DNA from: Acutalibacteraceae bacterium
GTDB taxonomy: Bacteria; Bacillota; Clostridia; Oscillospirales; Acutalibacteraceae
Reading direction: 5' to 3'
Assembly: GCA_045656545.1 (NCBI GenBank)
Contig: JAZORF010000002.1
Span: forward strand, 11,072 to 75,071
DNA length: 64,000 bases
Position numbers and translations under genes: made by a program. Positions 9,717-19,608 of the stretch are shown here, piece by piece; within the stretch, counting starts at the first letter, position 1, and each line of letters begins with the position of its first letter. The notes under the pieces were generated by a model. It made no database searches, was not told the origin of the DNA, and saw nothing but the letters and a program-made list of their open reading frames with translations.

Positions 9717-12020
9717 ATGAGAAAGTTTTTATCCCTGCTTTTGTGCATAGCAATGCTCTGTACAATGATGACCTGTCTTACAGGTTTTACCGCTTTTGCA
9801 GAAGAAAAAACTCCTGTAAGAAGCCTTGTTGGTAAAGAAGTTCCCAACTTCAACTCTACCGATTGGACCAGCACTTCATCCACTGCTATCAAGGATGATT
9901 CTAATGCCCTTAAAGCACCCACAAGCAATGGCTATGCAACTGCAGAAACAAAAGAAAGCTACATTATAGGCTCACAGTTTGATGTAGCATTCAACTTTGT
10001 TTGGGGCGGCTTCGACAACTACCATGGTGATGTTGGCGTTATTTTCGGCACAAACCAAATTCGCGTTGGCAATCCGGATACTGATTACAAAAACGGAAAT
10101 AAAAGCTATACACTTATCGTATCCAACAAATCAGGCACAGTTGCAACTGCTGAACTTGGCGACAGCAAAGACGTCATCGGCGGTAAATACACCTTTACCT
10201 ACAAAAACGGTGAACTTTCAGGCACACAAAACGGCAACGTAATTAACTGGACTGTTGGCGAAGAAACCGCAACATCTGTAAATGTTACTTTTGACATTGC
10301 AACTGCTCCTGTTAAGGTAACTGTTGGCGGTAACTATTGCGACGACAGATATGTAAAAGACTTTTCAATTAGAGGTACCGTTAACGGTGATGTTAACTTT
10401 GACGGAAAGGTTGACAGTTTTGACCTTCTTGCTTCTCAGCAGGCACTTCTCGGTGTTGACGGTGCTATTTCTGGCACATATTGCGATAATACCTATGACG
10501 ATGTTTTGTCTTCTTCAGACATTCTTTCAATGACCCATCACATTTTGGGTACAGGCTTGATGTCTCACTACGAGCGTCCTCCTGTAAAGATTATGTGTGT
10601 TGGTGACTCTATCACCGCAGGTGCAGGCACCCTTAGTGCTTGGAGATATAGCTTGTTTGAAAAACTTTATAGTTATAATGTAAACAACTTCCGTCTTGTT
10701 GGTGTTAACGAATCTTCTGCCGACTTCCGTTTGCCCAAGGGCTTCCGTGGTCACTCTGCAGTTGGCGGTCATACTACTGCAAATGTAGTTAACGCTCTTG
10801 ACAACTATATGTCTGTTGATTTTGATGTATTTGCAATGATGATTGGTACTAATGATGCTGACAAGAATATTGAACAATCTATTGCCAACTATCGCACCAT
10901 TCTTGACCGTGTGTTTGAAACCCACCCCAATGCACACGTTTACATTTCAACAATGTGCCCCAAGAAAGAAACCGTTACTTCTGCAACTTGGCTCAACTTC
11001 GGTATTAACCCTTACTTGCCTGTTTTGGTAGCAGAGTATACCGAGCGTGGCTACAATATCACCTATGTTGACAACTTCACAGGCTACAACTGGTCAACAT
11101 CTGACTTCCCTGCAACCGACTCTGTTCATCCTAACGAGGGTGGCAGAGAGAAGATTGCAGACGCCTTTTTCAATGCAATGAAGGATGATGTAAGAGACCT
11201 TGATGTAAAGTCTTCATCCTTCACTTATAATCCCGAAGTCAGTGTTGACGATATGACTGTTTCTGATACCGCTATCAGCGTTCCTGTCGGTGAGGCAAAG
11301 AGTGTTGTTGCTACCGTATCACCCGCAAATGCACTTGTAAATACTGTTCTTTGGTCAAGCAATAATGAAGCGGTTGCTACCGTTAATGCTAACGGACGTA
11401 TTACAGGTGTTTCTGAGGGTACCGCAACCATTACCGCAAAATCCCTTGACGGCGGTATTGTTAAGACTGTTGCTGTTATCGTAACTGCTGCTGAAGTAAC
11501 TGAAGTTACCGAAGTGTTTGCAGACAACTTCCAAAATTTTGATAATTGGGTATTTGCTGACGCAGAGAAAACTATTTTTAGCATTAGGTCGCAGACTTGC
11601 AGCACATATATTCCTAACGATACAGAAACAATCACTACCGCTAATACTTATGCTTTTACCGACAACTTTGTGCTTTCATTTGACTATTCTTCTTCAATCA
11701 ATGAGAGTGCACAAGATAAAACCTTCTACGGTGGCATTGGTTATGCGGGCTATGAGTTTCGTGTTTCAGACTGCGGCAGATATATGATTATTGCAAATGC
11801 AGATGGAGTAGTCGCAACCTATACTACCGTTGCAACCATTGAGTATGTAAACGCTCGCTTGGTTTACGAAAACAACACCTTGACCGCATACTATGACGGT
11901 GAGGCAGTGCTTACTGTAAGCGATGTTACTATTGAAGCAGGCGAATATGCAATTACCTATACCAATACTGAAAAATGGCGCAGCACTAACTTTGATAATC
12001 TCTTCCTCGGCACCTTCTAA
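9717..12020 (+). CDS. Secreted multidomain SGNH/GDSL esterase with internal dockerin, Big_2 domain and two ConA/LamG-like modules
   Basis: ORF 9657..12020 trimmed to ATG 9717, which opens a signal peptide 'MRKFLSLLLCIAMLC'. Dockerin Ca-loop 'DVNFDGKVDSFD'. SGNH blocks 'CVGDSITAG', 'GTNDA', 'DSVHPN'. Big_2-like 'LWSSNNEAVATVNANGRITGVSEGTATITA'. Confidence 0.8.
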   Translation: MRKFLSLLLCIAMLCTMMTCLTGFTAFAEEKTPVRSLVGKEVPNFNSTDWTSTSSTAIKDDSNALKAPTSNGYATAETKESYIIGSQFDVAFNFVWGGFDNYHGDVGVIFGTNQIRVGNPDTDYKNGNKSYTLIVSNKSGTVATAELGDSKDVIGGKYTFTYKNGELSGTQNGNVINWTVGEETATSVNVTFDIATAPVKVTVGGNYCDDRYVKDFSIRGTVNGDVNFDGKVDSFDLLASQQALLGVDGAISGTYCDNTYDDVLSSSDILSMTHHILGTGLMSHYERPPVKIMCVGDSITAGAGTLSAWRYSLFEKLYSYNVNNFRLVGVNESSADFRLPKGFRGHSAVGGHTTANVVNALDNYMSVDFDVFAMMIGTNDADKNIEQSIANYRTILDRVFETHPNAHVYISTMCPKKETVTSATWLNFGINPYLPVLVAEYTERGYNITYVDNFTGYNWSTSDFPATDSVHPNEGGREKIADAFFNAMKDDVRDLDVKSSSFTYNPEVSVDDMTVSDTAISVPVGEAKSVVATVSPANALVNTVLWSSNNEAVATVNANGRITGVSEGTATITAKSLDGGIVKTVAVIVTAAEVTEVTEVFADNFQNFDNWVFADAEKTIFSIRSQTCSTYIPNDTETITTANTYAFTDNFVLSFDYSSSINESAQDKTFYGGIGYAGYEFRVSDCGRYMIIANADGVVATYTTVATIEYVNARLVYENNTLTAYYDGEAVLTVSDVTIEAGEYAITYTNTEKWRSTNFDNLFLGTF

Positions 12021-12030
12021 TTAACGAATT

Positions 12031-12063
12031 CACCCCGTTGGCATCGCCAACGGGGTGTTTTTA
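12031..12063 (+). terminator. Intrinsic terminator after the esterase gene
   Basis: Perfect 12-bp stem CACCCCGTTGGC/GCCAACGGGGTG (12031-12042 / 12046-12057) followed by TTTTT. Confidence 0.85.
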
Positions 12064-12669
12064 TCTGAATTTTGCTTTAATTTGTTCATAGATTTCTACA
12101 ATTTTAAACTTAACTTTAAACCTTTGTCCGTTTTTTACAACACGCTGTCCATTACTGTCAAGTACAGTATCAACCTCTTTTGCCGCACTGCCCATACACA
12201 CATTAGGGAAACAGACACACCACCAATTTTGCCCCTTAGCATCACCCAAGAGCACCCTTACCGCCATATATTTACCTGCCGGCAAGGTTAGATTGTCACT
12301 GTATACTCTGGTGCTAAAATCAGAGGGAGCAACTTCAACTTTTACAGAGTAGTCAAATCCCTTTTGTTCAAGGGTGCTTTTGGCAATTTGTTGTAGCTTT
12401 AGTGCGTTCTTTTTTGCCAAAGTTTCCGCTTCATCAAGGGATACTGCCCCGTCAAACAGATTGCTAAATTCACAGAGCAAGGCATCCCTCACTGCAATTT
12501 TCACCTTTTGGTCGTCGTCACTGTCAGAATTGGCAATAATGTGAAGCCGCAAAACATTTTCTCTTACCTGCTCACAACTCGCATCAAAACAGGCGAGCGA
12601 CATAAGTATGGAAAAAACAAGACTAAAAGAAATTGCGGCAAAAAGCCGCTTGCTATCAATTTTACTCAT
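12061..12669 (-). CDS. spoIIR: Stage II sporulation protein R
   Basis: ORF 12061..12687 trimmed to ATG 12669. Signal anchor, then SpoIIR signature 'LRLHIIANSDSDDDQKVKIAVRDAL'. Confidence 0.9.
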   Translation of the reverse strand: MSKIDSKRLFAAISFSLVFSILMSLACFDASCEQVRENVLRLHIIANSDSDDDQKVKIAVRDALLCEFSNLFDGAVSLDEAETLAKKNALKLQQIAKSTLEQKGFDYSVKVEVAPSDFSTRVYSDNLTLPAGKYMAVRVLLGDAKGQNWWCVCFPNVCMGSAAKEVDTVLDSNGQRVVKNGQRFKVKFKIVEIYEQIKAKFR

Positions 12670-12714
12670 TAAAAAACCGCCTTTCAATGTGATTATTGAA
12701 CAGGCGGTTAATTT

Positions 12715-13566
12715 TTATTCAAATTTCTCAATAGATTGTGCAGTGGGCTTGCAAACGTGGGCCCAACCAAACTGATTTTTGATTTCTTTTGCAGTTTTTT
12801 CTGCCTTTTCAAAATCATCAAAAATGGCAAATAAGGTAGGACCTGCGCCACTTAAACTGTGACCAAGGGCGCCATTTTGTTCAAAAATGTGGCAAATGCT
12901 CTGCACCCTTTCATTTTGCCAAAGTGGAGCAAAACTGTTACCGAGCAAGCCGCACAGACTTTTCAAATCACCTTTGTTAACACAGTCGATAGCGCCCTCT
13001 ATTTGCGGATGAAACTGCTCTTTTGCCTCGTCAAAACGGCGGAACATAGCACCTGTGGAGTCTTTCACTCCGCCCGATGCCAATACTATGTAGCACTGGG
13101 GCAAATGGGAAAGGACGGTCAGATTTTCACCCACACCTGTAGCATAAGCGGTGCCCCCAACCATAGCAAAGGGCACGTCTGCACCAAGGGATAGGGCAAT
13201 TTTATCAAGATTGCCCTTGTCTACTATACCGAAAGCGCGGTCAAGAGCAGTCAGCACTGCGGCACAGTCGGCACTGCCGCCACCCATACCTGCAGTCATC
13301 GGTATATGCTTTTCAATATGAATACTGCCGCCGATATTAAGCCCTGCTGCCTCGCTATAAGCCTTAACGGCTTTTGTAACAATATTTTCACCCTCTATTT
13401 CAACAGAGGAGGTAACTGTAAGGGGCGCGTTAAGGATAAAATTTGCGGTAATAAAGTCGGCAATATCTACCGTCTGCATAATCATTCGCATTTGATGATA
13501 TCCGTTATCCTCTCTTGCACAGATGTCAAGCAGAAGGTTTAATTTAGCATTAGCCTTTAATTTCAT
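12715..13566 (-). CDS. ispE: 4-diphosphocytidyl-2-C-methyl-D-erythritol kinase
   Basis: 283 aa. 'KANAKLNL' N-terminus and GHMP kinase motif 'PMTAGMGGGSADCAAV'. Confidence 0.92.
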   Translation of the reverse strand: MKLKANAKLNLLLDICAREDNGYHQMRMIMQTVDIADFITANFILNAPLTVTSSVEIEGENIVTKAVKAYSEAAGLNIGGSIHIEKHIPMTAGMGGGSADCAAVLTALDRAFGIVDKGNLDKIALSLGADVPFAMVGGTAYATGVGENLTVLSHLPQCYIVLASGGVKDSTGAMFRRFDEAKEQFHPQIEGAIDCVNKGDLKSLCGLLGNSFAPLWQNERVQSICHIFEQNGALGHSLSGAGPTLFAIFDDFEKAEKTAKEIKNQFGWAHVCKPTAQSIEKFE

Positions 13567-14741
13567 TTGCCTTCACTCTTTAATTCGTCAAGGAACAATC
13601 CAACGCGACGGATAGCCTCTTTAATATGGTCAACCGAGTAGCAGTATGAGGCGCGCACAAATCCCTCACCGCCAACACCAAATGCAGTGCCGGGCACAAG
13701 AGCAACCTTGTGAGAATAAAGCAAGCGCTCGCAAAACTCTTCGCTGGAAAGACCACTTGAACGTATGCAGGGGAAGGCGTAAAAAGCACCCTTTGGCTCA
13801 AAACAGGTAAGACCGATTTGATTAAAACCGTTAACCATTATTCTGCGACGGGCATCATATTGCTGGAGCATTTTTGCAATGTCATCGTCACCGTATTTGA
13901 TAGCCTCAATAGCGGCGTATTGTGACACGGTGGGTGCGCTCATAATGGCAAACTGATGGATTTTGGTCATTTGTGTGATGACTTCGGCAGGACCGCAAGC
14001 ATAACCTAAACGCCAACCTGTCATAGAGTAGGTCTTGGAAAAACCGCCGATTATAACGGTGCGCTCCCGCATGCCGTCAATGGAAGCCACAGATACGTGC
14101 TTGATGCCGTAGGTAAGCTCACCGTAAATCTCGTCAGATAAAATCATAATGTCGGTTCCGCGAAGTACCTCGGCAATTTCTTCAAGATGCTCACGCTCCA
14201 TAACAGCACCGGTAGGATTGCAGGGATAGGGAAGAATAAGCATCTTTGTTTTATCAGTAATGAGTGCTTTCAGTTGCTCGGCAGTAATTCTGAATTCATT
14301 TTCGGCAAGAGTTTCAAGAGCAACGGGAGTACCCCCTGCCAAACGAACAATGGGGTCATAGCAAACAAAACTTGGTTGAGGTATTATAACCTCATCACCT
14401 GCGCCCACAATGGCGCGGATAGCCGCATCAATACCCTCACTGCCACCGACGGTAATAAGCACCTCACTGTCACCGCAGTAATCAAGGTCAAAACGGCGTT
14501 TTAAATACTCGGCAATTTCACGGCGCAACTCAATAAGACCGCTGTTAGATGTGTAACGGGTCTTTCTGCCTTGTATTGCTTCAATACCTGCCTGACGGAT
14601 GTGCCAAGGTGTAGCAAAATCTGGCTCTCCCACACCAAGAGATATAACATCGCTCATATTAGCGGCAATATCGAAGAATTTTCGTATACCTGATGGTGTT
14701 ATGTTAACCACATCAGGATTAAGAATTTTAGAATAATCCAT
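13563..14741 (-). CDS. Class I/II PLP aminotransferase (AlaT/AspC-like)
   Basis: 392 aa. PLP-lysine motif 'GFSKTYSMTGWRLGY'. Overlaps the upstream Lrp/AsnC gene by 1 nt, as in the Bacillus alaR-alaT pair. Confidence 0.85.
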   Translation of the reverse strand: MDYSKILNPDVVNITPSGIRKFFDIAANMSDVISLGVGEPDFATPWHIRQAGIEAIQGRKTRYTSNSGLIELRREIAEYLKRRFDLDYCGDSEVLITVGGSEGIDAAIRAIVGAGDEVIIPQPSFVCYDPIVRLAGGTPVALETLAENEFRITAEQLKALITDKTKMLILPYPCNPTGAVMEREHLEEIAEVLRGTDIMILSDEIYGELTYGIKHVSVASIDGMRERTVIIGGFSKTYSMTGWRLGYACGPAEVITQMTKIHQFAIMSAPTVSQYAAIEAIKYGDDDIAKMLQQYDARRRIMVNGFNQIGLTCFEPKGAFYAFPCIRSSGLSSEEFCERLLYSHKVALVPGTAFGVGGEGFVRASYCYSVDHIKEAIRRVGLFLDELKSEGK

Positions 14742-15220
14742 TATAACGACACCGTTTCTCTGTCATCGGGTGTGCCACACATCTTGACACCCATATCCTT
14801 ATATCTGCGCAAAACGAAGTGAGTACCTGTAGAGGTAACTTCCTTCATAGTTGCAAGATGCTTTGCAACAAACATAGCAACCTTTTGGAAGGTCTGACCT
14901 GTAACAATAACGCTAAGGTCGTAACCGCCCGACATAAGATAAACTGCCTCAACATATTCAAACTCGGCAATACGTTCGGCAATTTCCTCAAAGCCTGCAT
15001 CGGCTTGAGGAGTAACGTTTATCTCAATAATGGCGGTGATATGCCTGTCATCCACGCTTGCCCAGTCGATAAGGGCTTTGTATCCTCTGATAATGCCGTC
15101 TGCCTCCAACTCGGCAACGGCGGCGCAAATTTCAGTTTCGCTTACACCAAGCATAGTAGCCAAATCGGCAGAGGTGTATCGTGCATTTTCGCTTAATAAT
15201 TGCAAAAGTTTCTCTTTCAT
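14741..15220 (-). CDS. Lrp/AsnC-family transcriptional regulator (AlaR-like)
   Basis: 159 aa. N-terminal HTH 'RYTSADLATMLGVSETEI' and a C-terminal RAM-like domain. Confidence 0.85.
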   Translation of the reverse strand: MKEKLLQLLSENARYTSADLATMLGVSETEICAAVAELEADGIIRGYKALIDWASVDDRHITAIIEINVTPQADAGFEEIAERIAEFEYVEAVYLMSGGYDLSVIVTGQTFQKVAMFVAKHLATMKEVTSTGTHFVLRRYKDMGVKMCGTPDDRETVSL

Positions 15221-15349
15221 AATTTTAACTCCTTAAACCATAGTAGTTATGCAAAGAATAAATGACAAAAAGTAAAGAATGGGACTAACTATCTTAACAA
15301 GGGTAATAAAAACCTTTTTAATGCCACAGTCTGCAAGAAAATTTGCAAG

Positions 15350-15601
15350 TTATAAAAAGTTAAGATAAATTACCATATAAATGATAATAGTGGCAACAGA
15401 GCCTACTCCAAACTTCAAAAAAGTGATAATCTGCAATCCAAACAGAGCAAAATTGACAACAATCATCACTGCTTGAATAACAGCCATAACGGCAATTGCC
15501 TTTTTCTGCGGAGGTGTAATCACTATTTTTTGACCGCGCTCCTCATCATCGGCGCGCATTACAGGAGTAGTATCCACAAAAACCACCTCCACATACGGCA
15601 A
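15350..15601 (-). CDS. Small hydrophobic protein of unknown function; the frame continues past an in-frame TAA to 15233
   Basis: 83-aa ORF with TTG start and two predicted TM segments. After its TAA (15350-15352), 38 more sense codons follow in the same frame. Confidence 0.4.
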   Translation of the reverse strand: MPYVEVVFVDTTPVMRADDEERGQKIVITPPQKKAIAVMAVIQAVMIVVNFALFGLQIITFLKFGVGSVATIIIYMVIYLNFL

Positions 15602-15734
15602 ATTGCCAAAAAATCACCTTATTAAAGGAATTATACCATATAAAACAACAAAAAACAATCATAATTAAATAAAGGTGTTTCATTTTTATGAAATATGTGG
15701 TAAAATCAAATATATTTATACTGGAGGTAGGAAT

Positions 15735-16004
15735 ATGAAAGCAGTTATTACAGTTGTTGGTAAGGATACAGTGGGTATTCTGGCAAAGGTATCAAACCTC
15801 TGCGCCGAAAAGAATATAAATATTATTGATGTAACTCAGACAGTTATGCAAGATTTGTTTTGTATGATAATGCTTTGCAATATTGACACAATGACAGGCA
15901 GTTTTTCTGACTTTGTAGATGCCGCTGACGCTATCGGTAAGGAAAATAATCTTAGCGTTCACGTTATGCATGAAGAGATTTTTAACTCTATGCACCGCAT
16001 TTAA
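15735..16004 (+). CDS. ACT-domain protein (UPF0237 family)
   Basis: ORF 15675..16004 trimmed to ATG 15735 after GGAGGT. 'VITVVGKDTVGILAKVS' ACT fold. Paired with a UPF0210 gene. Confidence 0.85.
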   Translation: MKAVITVVGKDTVGILAKVSNLCAEKNINIIDVTQTVMQDLFCMIMLCNIDTMTGSFSDFVDAADAIGKENNLSVHVMHEEIFNSMHRI

Positions 16005-16016
16005 GGGGGACGCATA

Positions 16017-17378
16017 ATGCTTAACACAAAAGATATTCTTGAAACTATTGCAATGATACAAGACGAGCATCTTGATATACGCACCGTAACAATGGGTATA
16101 TCATTGCTTGACTGTATCGACCCTGATATTGATTCTGCCTGCCGCAAGGTTTACGACAAAATCACCCGTTATGCTGAGCGTTTGGTACCCGTTTGTCAGG
16201 ATATTGAAAAGACCTACGGCATTCCCATTATCAATAAGCGTATATCGGTTACTCCTATTGCAATGCTTGCTTCTGCTTGCCCCAATGCCGATTTGACAAA
16301 ATTTGCATTGGCACTTGAAAAGGCGGCTTGCAAGGTTGGTGTTAACTTTATCGGCGGCTACAGTGCCTTGGTGCAAAAGGGCTTTGCTCACGGCGATGCC
16401 GAGCTTATCAACTCCATCCCCGAAGCCTTGGCAATTACCGACCATATCTGTTCATCGGTTAATATTGGCTCCACCAAAGCAGGCATCAATATGGACGCTG
16501 TAGCTATGATGGGTAAGGTTATCCGCCGCACTGCCGAACTTACTGCCGAGCGAGATTGTATCGGCGCCGCAAAATTGGTTGTTTTTTGTAACGCTCCCGA
16601 GGATAATCCCTTTATGGCAGGCGCATTCCACGGTGTCGGCGAGGCTGACTGTGTAATCAACGTTGGCGTTTCAGGCCCCGGCGTAGTTCGTGCCGCTCTT
16701 GCCAAACTTGGCGGCGATGCAAGTATTACCGAGGTTGCCGACCTTATTAAACGTACTGCATTTAAGATTACCCGAATGGGTCAGCTTGTGGCAAAAGAGG
16801 CATCTGCCCGTCTTGGTGTGCCCTTTGGTATTGTTGACCTGTCCCTTGCTCCCACACCTGCAGTTGGTGACTCGGTTGCTCATATTCTTGAAGAAATGGG
16901 CTTGGAGTCATGCGGTGCCTGTGGCACTACCGCTTGCCTTGCACTGCTTAACGATGCCGTCAAAAAGGGTGGCGTAATGGCATCATCCCACGTTGGCGGT
17001 CTGTCGGGTGCATTTATTCCCGTAACCGAGGATGCAGGTATGATTGATGCCGCTCGCAGTGGCGCTCTTACTATTGAAAAACTTGAGGCTATGACTGCCG
17101 TTTGCTCGGTTGGTCTTGATATGATAAATATTCCCGGTGACACTCCCAGCGAGGTTATTTCGGGCATTATTGCCGACGAAGCCGCAATCGGTATGGTTAA
17201 CAGCAAAACCACTGCCGTTCGCCTTATTCCCGCTATCGGTAAGGGTGTGGGCGAAGAGTTATCTTTTGGCGGCCTCCTTGGTGGCGGCCCCGTTATGAAG
17301 GTTAATACCGCATCACCCAAGGTGTTTATAAATCGCGGCGGACGATTGCCTGCCCCCCTCCAAAGCCTTAAAAATTAA
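16017..17378 (+). CDS. UPF0210/DUF711 family protein (PFL-like fold)
   Basis: 453 aa. Conserved N-terminus '[27 protein letters not shown]'. Canonical partner of the ACT gene. Confidence 0.85.
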   Translation: MLNTKDILETIAMIQDEHLDIRTVTMGISLLDCIDPDIDSACRKVYDKITRYAERLVPVCQDIEKTYGIPIINKRISVTPIAMLASACPNADLTKFALALEKAACKVGVNFIGGYSALVQKGFAHGDAELINSIPEALAITDHICSSVNIGSTKAGINMDAVAMMGKVIRRTAELTAERDCIGAAKLVVFCNAPEDNPFMAGAFHGVGEADCVINVGVSGPGVVRAALAKLGGDASITEVADLIKRTAFKITRMGQLVAKEASARLGVPFGIVDLSLAPTPAVGDSVAHILEEMGLESCGACGTTACLALLNDAVKKGGVMASSHVGGLSGAFIPVTEDAGMIDAARSGALTIEKLEAMTAVCSVGLDMINIPGDTPSEVISGIIADEAAIGMVNSKTTAVRLIPAIGKGVGEELSFGGLLGGGPVMKVNTASPKVFINRGGRLPAPLQSLKN

Positions 17379-17475
17379 AGTTCATCTAAAGCTAACCGCT
17401 TTAAATCTTTGAAAAGGTCCTGTTAACAATCCTGACGGAGAAGCCTTTATACTTTTTGGGTGGCTTTGGTTGATT

Positions 17476-17655
17476 ATGAAGATTGCAATAATCGTTGGTT
17501 TTGTTATAATCAGTATAAAAATCAGTAAGCAGTTTAAATCAAAAATAGCGGTGTTTATTTTGTTGTTAATGCTTATAGTTATAGGTATGATAGCGGGTGC
17601 TGTTGTAATGAAGGACGGCTATGTTACACTTTATCAAGACACTGTGCAGCTTTAA
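17476..17655 (+). CDS. Small membrane protein, unknown function
   Basis: 59 aa with two hydrophobic helices. Weak RBS. Followed by a terminator at 17733-17766. Confidence 0.35.
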   Translation: MKIAIIVGFVIISIKISKQFKSKIAVFILLLMLIVIGMIAGAVVMKDGYVTLYQDTVQL

Positions 17656-17732
17656 ATAATAAATTCAAATATAAGCACTGAAAGAGGACAATTTTCTTTG
17701 TCACCTAAATGCATACGGCACAGAACAACTAA

Positions 17733-17766
17733 AAAGCAGATGAAATCTTGTTTCATCTGCTTTTAA
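17733..17766 (+). terminator. Intrinsic terminator
   Basis: Hairpin AAAAGCAGATGAAA-tctt-gTTTCATCTGCTTTT with a trailing T-run. Confidence 0.7.
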
Positions 17767-17773
17767 TATTTAG

Positions 17774-17802
17774 TTGAATAGTTAAAACTATTGGTGTATA
17801 AT
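17774..17802 (+). promoter_or_regulatory. Sigma-A-type promoter for yqeG
   Basis: TTGAAT, 17-nt spacer, TATAAT. Confidence 0.55.
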
Positions 17803-17825
17803 GGTGTTAACAGGAGTGATGAACT

Positions 17826-18323
17826 TTGGCGATTTTTAAACCGTATAAAATGTTTTACCGCGTTACCGATATAACGCCCGAATTTTTACATAATAACGGT
17901 ATCAAGGGTTTGGCGCTTGATGCCGATAACACCTTGTCTGAGCACCATTCACAAACTGCTCACGAGGGTGTTGAGCAGTGGCTTCGCGATATGGAGGGGG
18001 CGGGCATCAAACTTAAAATGGTGTCAAACGCCCGCGGAAGACGGGTTGTACCCTTTGCCAACAAATTAGGTCTTACCTTCACAAGCACCGCATTAAAACC
18101 GCTACCTTTCGGATTTTGGCGCGCCGCCAAAAGTATGGGCTTAAAGGTGAAGGAAATCGGTGCAGTGGGTGACCAACTTTTCACCGATATGATGGGTGCC
18201 AATCTTGCAGGGGTAAAACCTTTGCTTGTAACACCTATAAAGGAGGAAACGGGCGCATCCTTCCGGTTGCGCCGCCGTCTTGAAAAACCGCTTATTAAAA
18301 GGTATAAGGAGAATAGCTTATGA
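17826..18323 (+). CDS. yqeG: YqeG-family HAD-IIIA phosphatase
   Basis: 165 aa. TTG start 8 nt after AGGAG. 'LDADNTL' and 'VGDQLFTDMMGAN' motifs. Confidence 0.85.
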   Translation: MAIFKPYKMFYRVTDITPEFLHNNGIKGLALDADNTLSEHHSQTAHEGVEQWLRDMEGAGIKLKMVSNARGRRVVPFANKLGLTFTSTALKPLPFGFWRAAKSMGLKVKEIGAVGDQLFTDMMGANLAGVKPLLVTPIKEETGASFRLRRRLEKPLIKRYKENSL

Positions 18324-19177
18324 GTGCAAAATTCGGTCCTGCAGGAACCTCTGACAGTTTTGCAAAAATGGGATACAAGGGCAGTCTTGATATGCCCGAA
18401 TATATCGTAAAAATGGGCCTTGATGCCTTTGAGTATCAGTGTGGCAGAGGGGTTAATATCGGTGAGGAGAAAGCCCGACAGTTTGGCGCCTTAGCCGCCG
18501 AAAAGGGTATTGCTCTGTCACTCCACGCTCCTTATTATATCTCTCTTGCGGCGGCGGAGGAAGCAAAACTTGACAACTCCATAAACTATATCCTACAAAG
18601 CGCCCGTGCGGCAGATTGGATGGGTGCTACCCGTGTGGTAGTCCACCCCGGCGGCAAGGGTAAAATGGAGCGAGAGGTAGCTGTCAATTTGGCAATATCT
18701 ACTTTTGAGCGTGCTCTTAAGGCTATGGATGAGGAGGGGCTTGGTCATATCACACTTTGCCCCGAAACAATGGGCAAAATCAATCAACTTGGTGACCTTG
18801 ACGAAATAATGCGTTTTTGCGCAGTGGATGAGCGTGTTATCCCCTGCATAGATTTTGGGCATCTTAACGCTCGCACAAGGGGCGGTCTTACCACTCGTGA
18901 AGATTTCCAGAAGATTTTTGATACTCTGCAAAACTCAATCGGCACTGAGCGTATGAAAAAATACCACGCCCACTTTTCAAAGATTGAATACAGTGAGGGC
19001 GGTGAGGTAAAACATCTCACTTTTGAAGACACTGTCTTTGGCCCCAACTATGACTACCTTATGGATATAACCTACAAATTGGGATGCAGTCCCACCATTA
19101 TATGCGAGTCGGCAGGCACTCAGGCAGAGGATGCCTTGCAGATGAAAACCTATTATAAATCCTTGGAGACAAAGTAA
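18320..19177 (+). CDS. TIM-barrel protein, endonuclease IV / xylose-isomerase-like family
   Basis: 285 aa. 'LHAPYYISL' and 'VVVHPGG' metal-site-like motifs. Confidence 0.7.
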   Translation: MSAKFGPAGTSDSFAKMGYKGSLDMPEYIVKMGLDAFEYQCGRGVNIGEEKARQFGALAAEKGIALSLHAPYYISLAAAEEAKLDNSINYILQSARAADWMGATRVVVHPGGKGKMEREVAVNLAISTFERALKAMDEEGLGHITLCPETMGKINQLGDLDEIMRFCAVDERVIPCIDFGHLNARTRGGLTTREDFQKIFDTLQNSIGTERMKKYHAHFSKIEYSEGGEVKHLTFEDTVFGPNYDYLMDITYKLGCSPTIICESAGTQAEDALQMKTYYKSLETK

Positions 19178-19179
19178 CA

Positions 19180-19608
19180 ATGAAAAAAATACTTGTTTTA
19201 AACGGCCCAAATCTTAATATGCTTGGCAAACGGGAGCCTCATATTTACGGCAGTCGCACTCTTTCGGATATAAATGCCGATATAGAAAAATATGCCGCAA
19301 CACTTGGCGCAGAATGTGATTTTTTTCAGTCCAATCACGAGGGTGCATTGGTTGACATAATTCAGACTGTGGACGAAAAATATGACGGATGCGTGCTTAA
19401 CGCAGGTGCATATACCCACTATTCAATTGCCATTCGCGATGCAATAAGCTCTGTTACCACTCCTTTTATTGAGGTGCATATTTCAGAGCCTAAAAACCGT
19501 GAGGAGTTCAGGCACGTTTCGGTTATTACCGATGTGTGCAAGTGTGTTATAAGCGGTCATGGTGAACAAAGTTATCATATGGCAATAAAGGAGCTTTGTG
19601 ATGAATGA
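19180..19608 (+). CDS. aroQ: Type II 3-dehydroquinate dehydratase
   Basis: 142 aa. 'LNGPNLNMLGKREPHIYG' signature. Confidence 0.93.
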   Translation: MKKILVLNGPNLNMLGKREPHIYGSRTLSDINADIEKYAATLGAECDFFQSNHEGALVDIIQTVDEKYDGCVLNAGAYTHYSIAIRDAISSVTTPFIEVHISEPKNREEFRHVSVITDVCKCVISGHGEQSYHMAIKELCDE

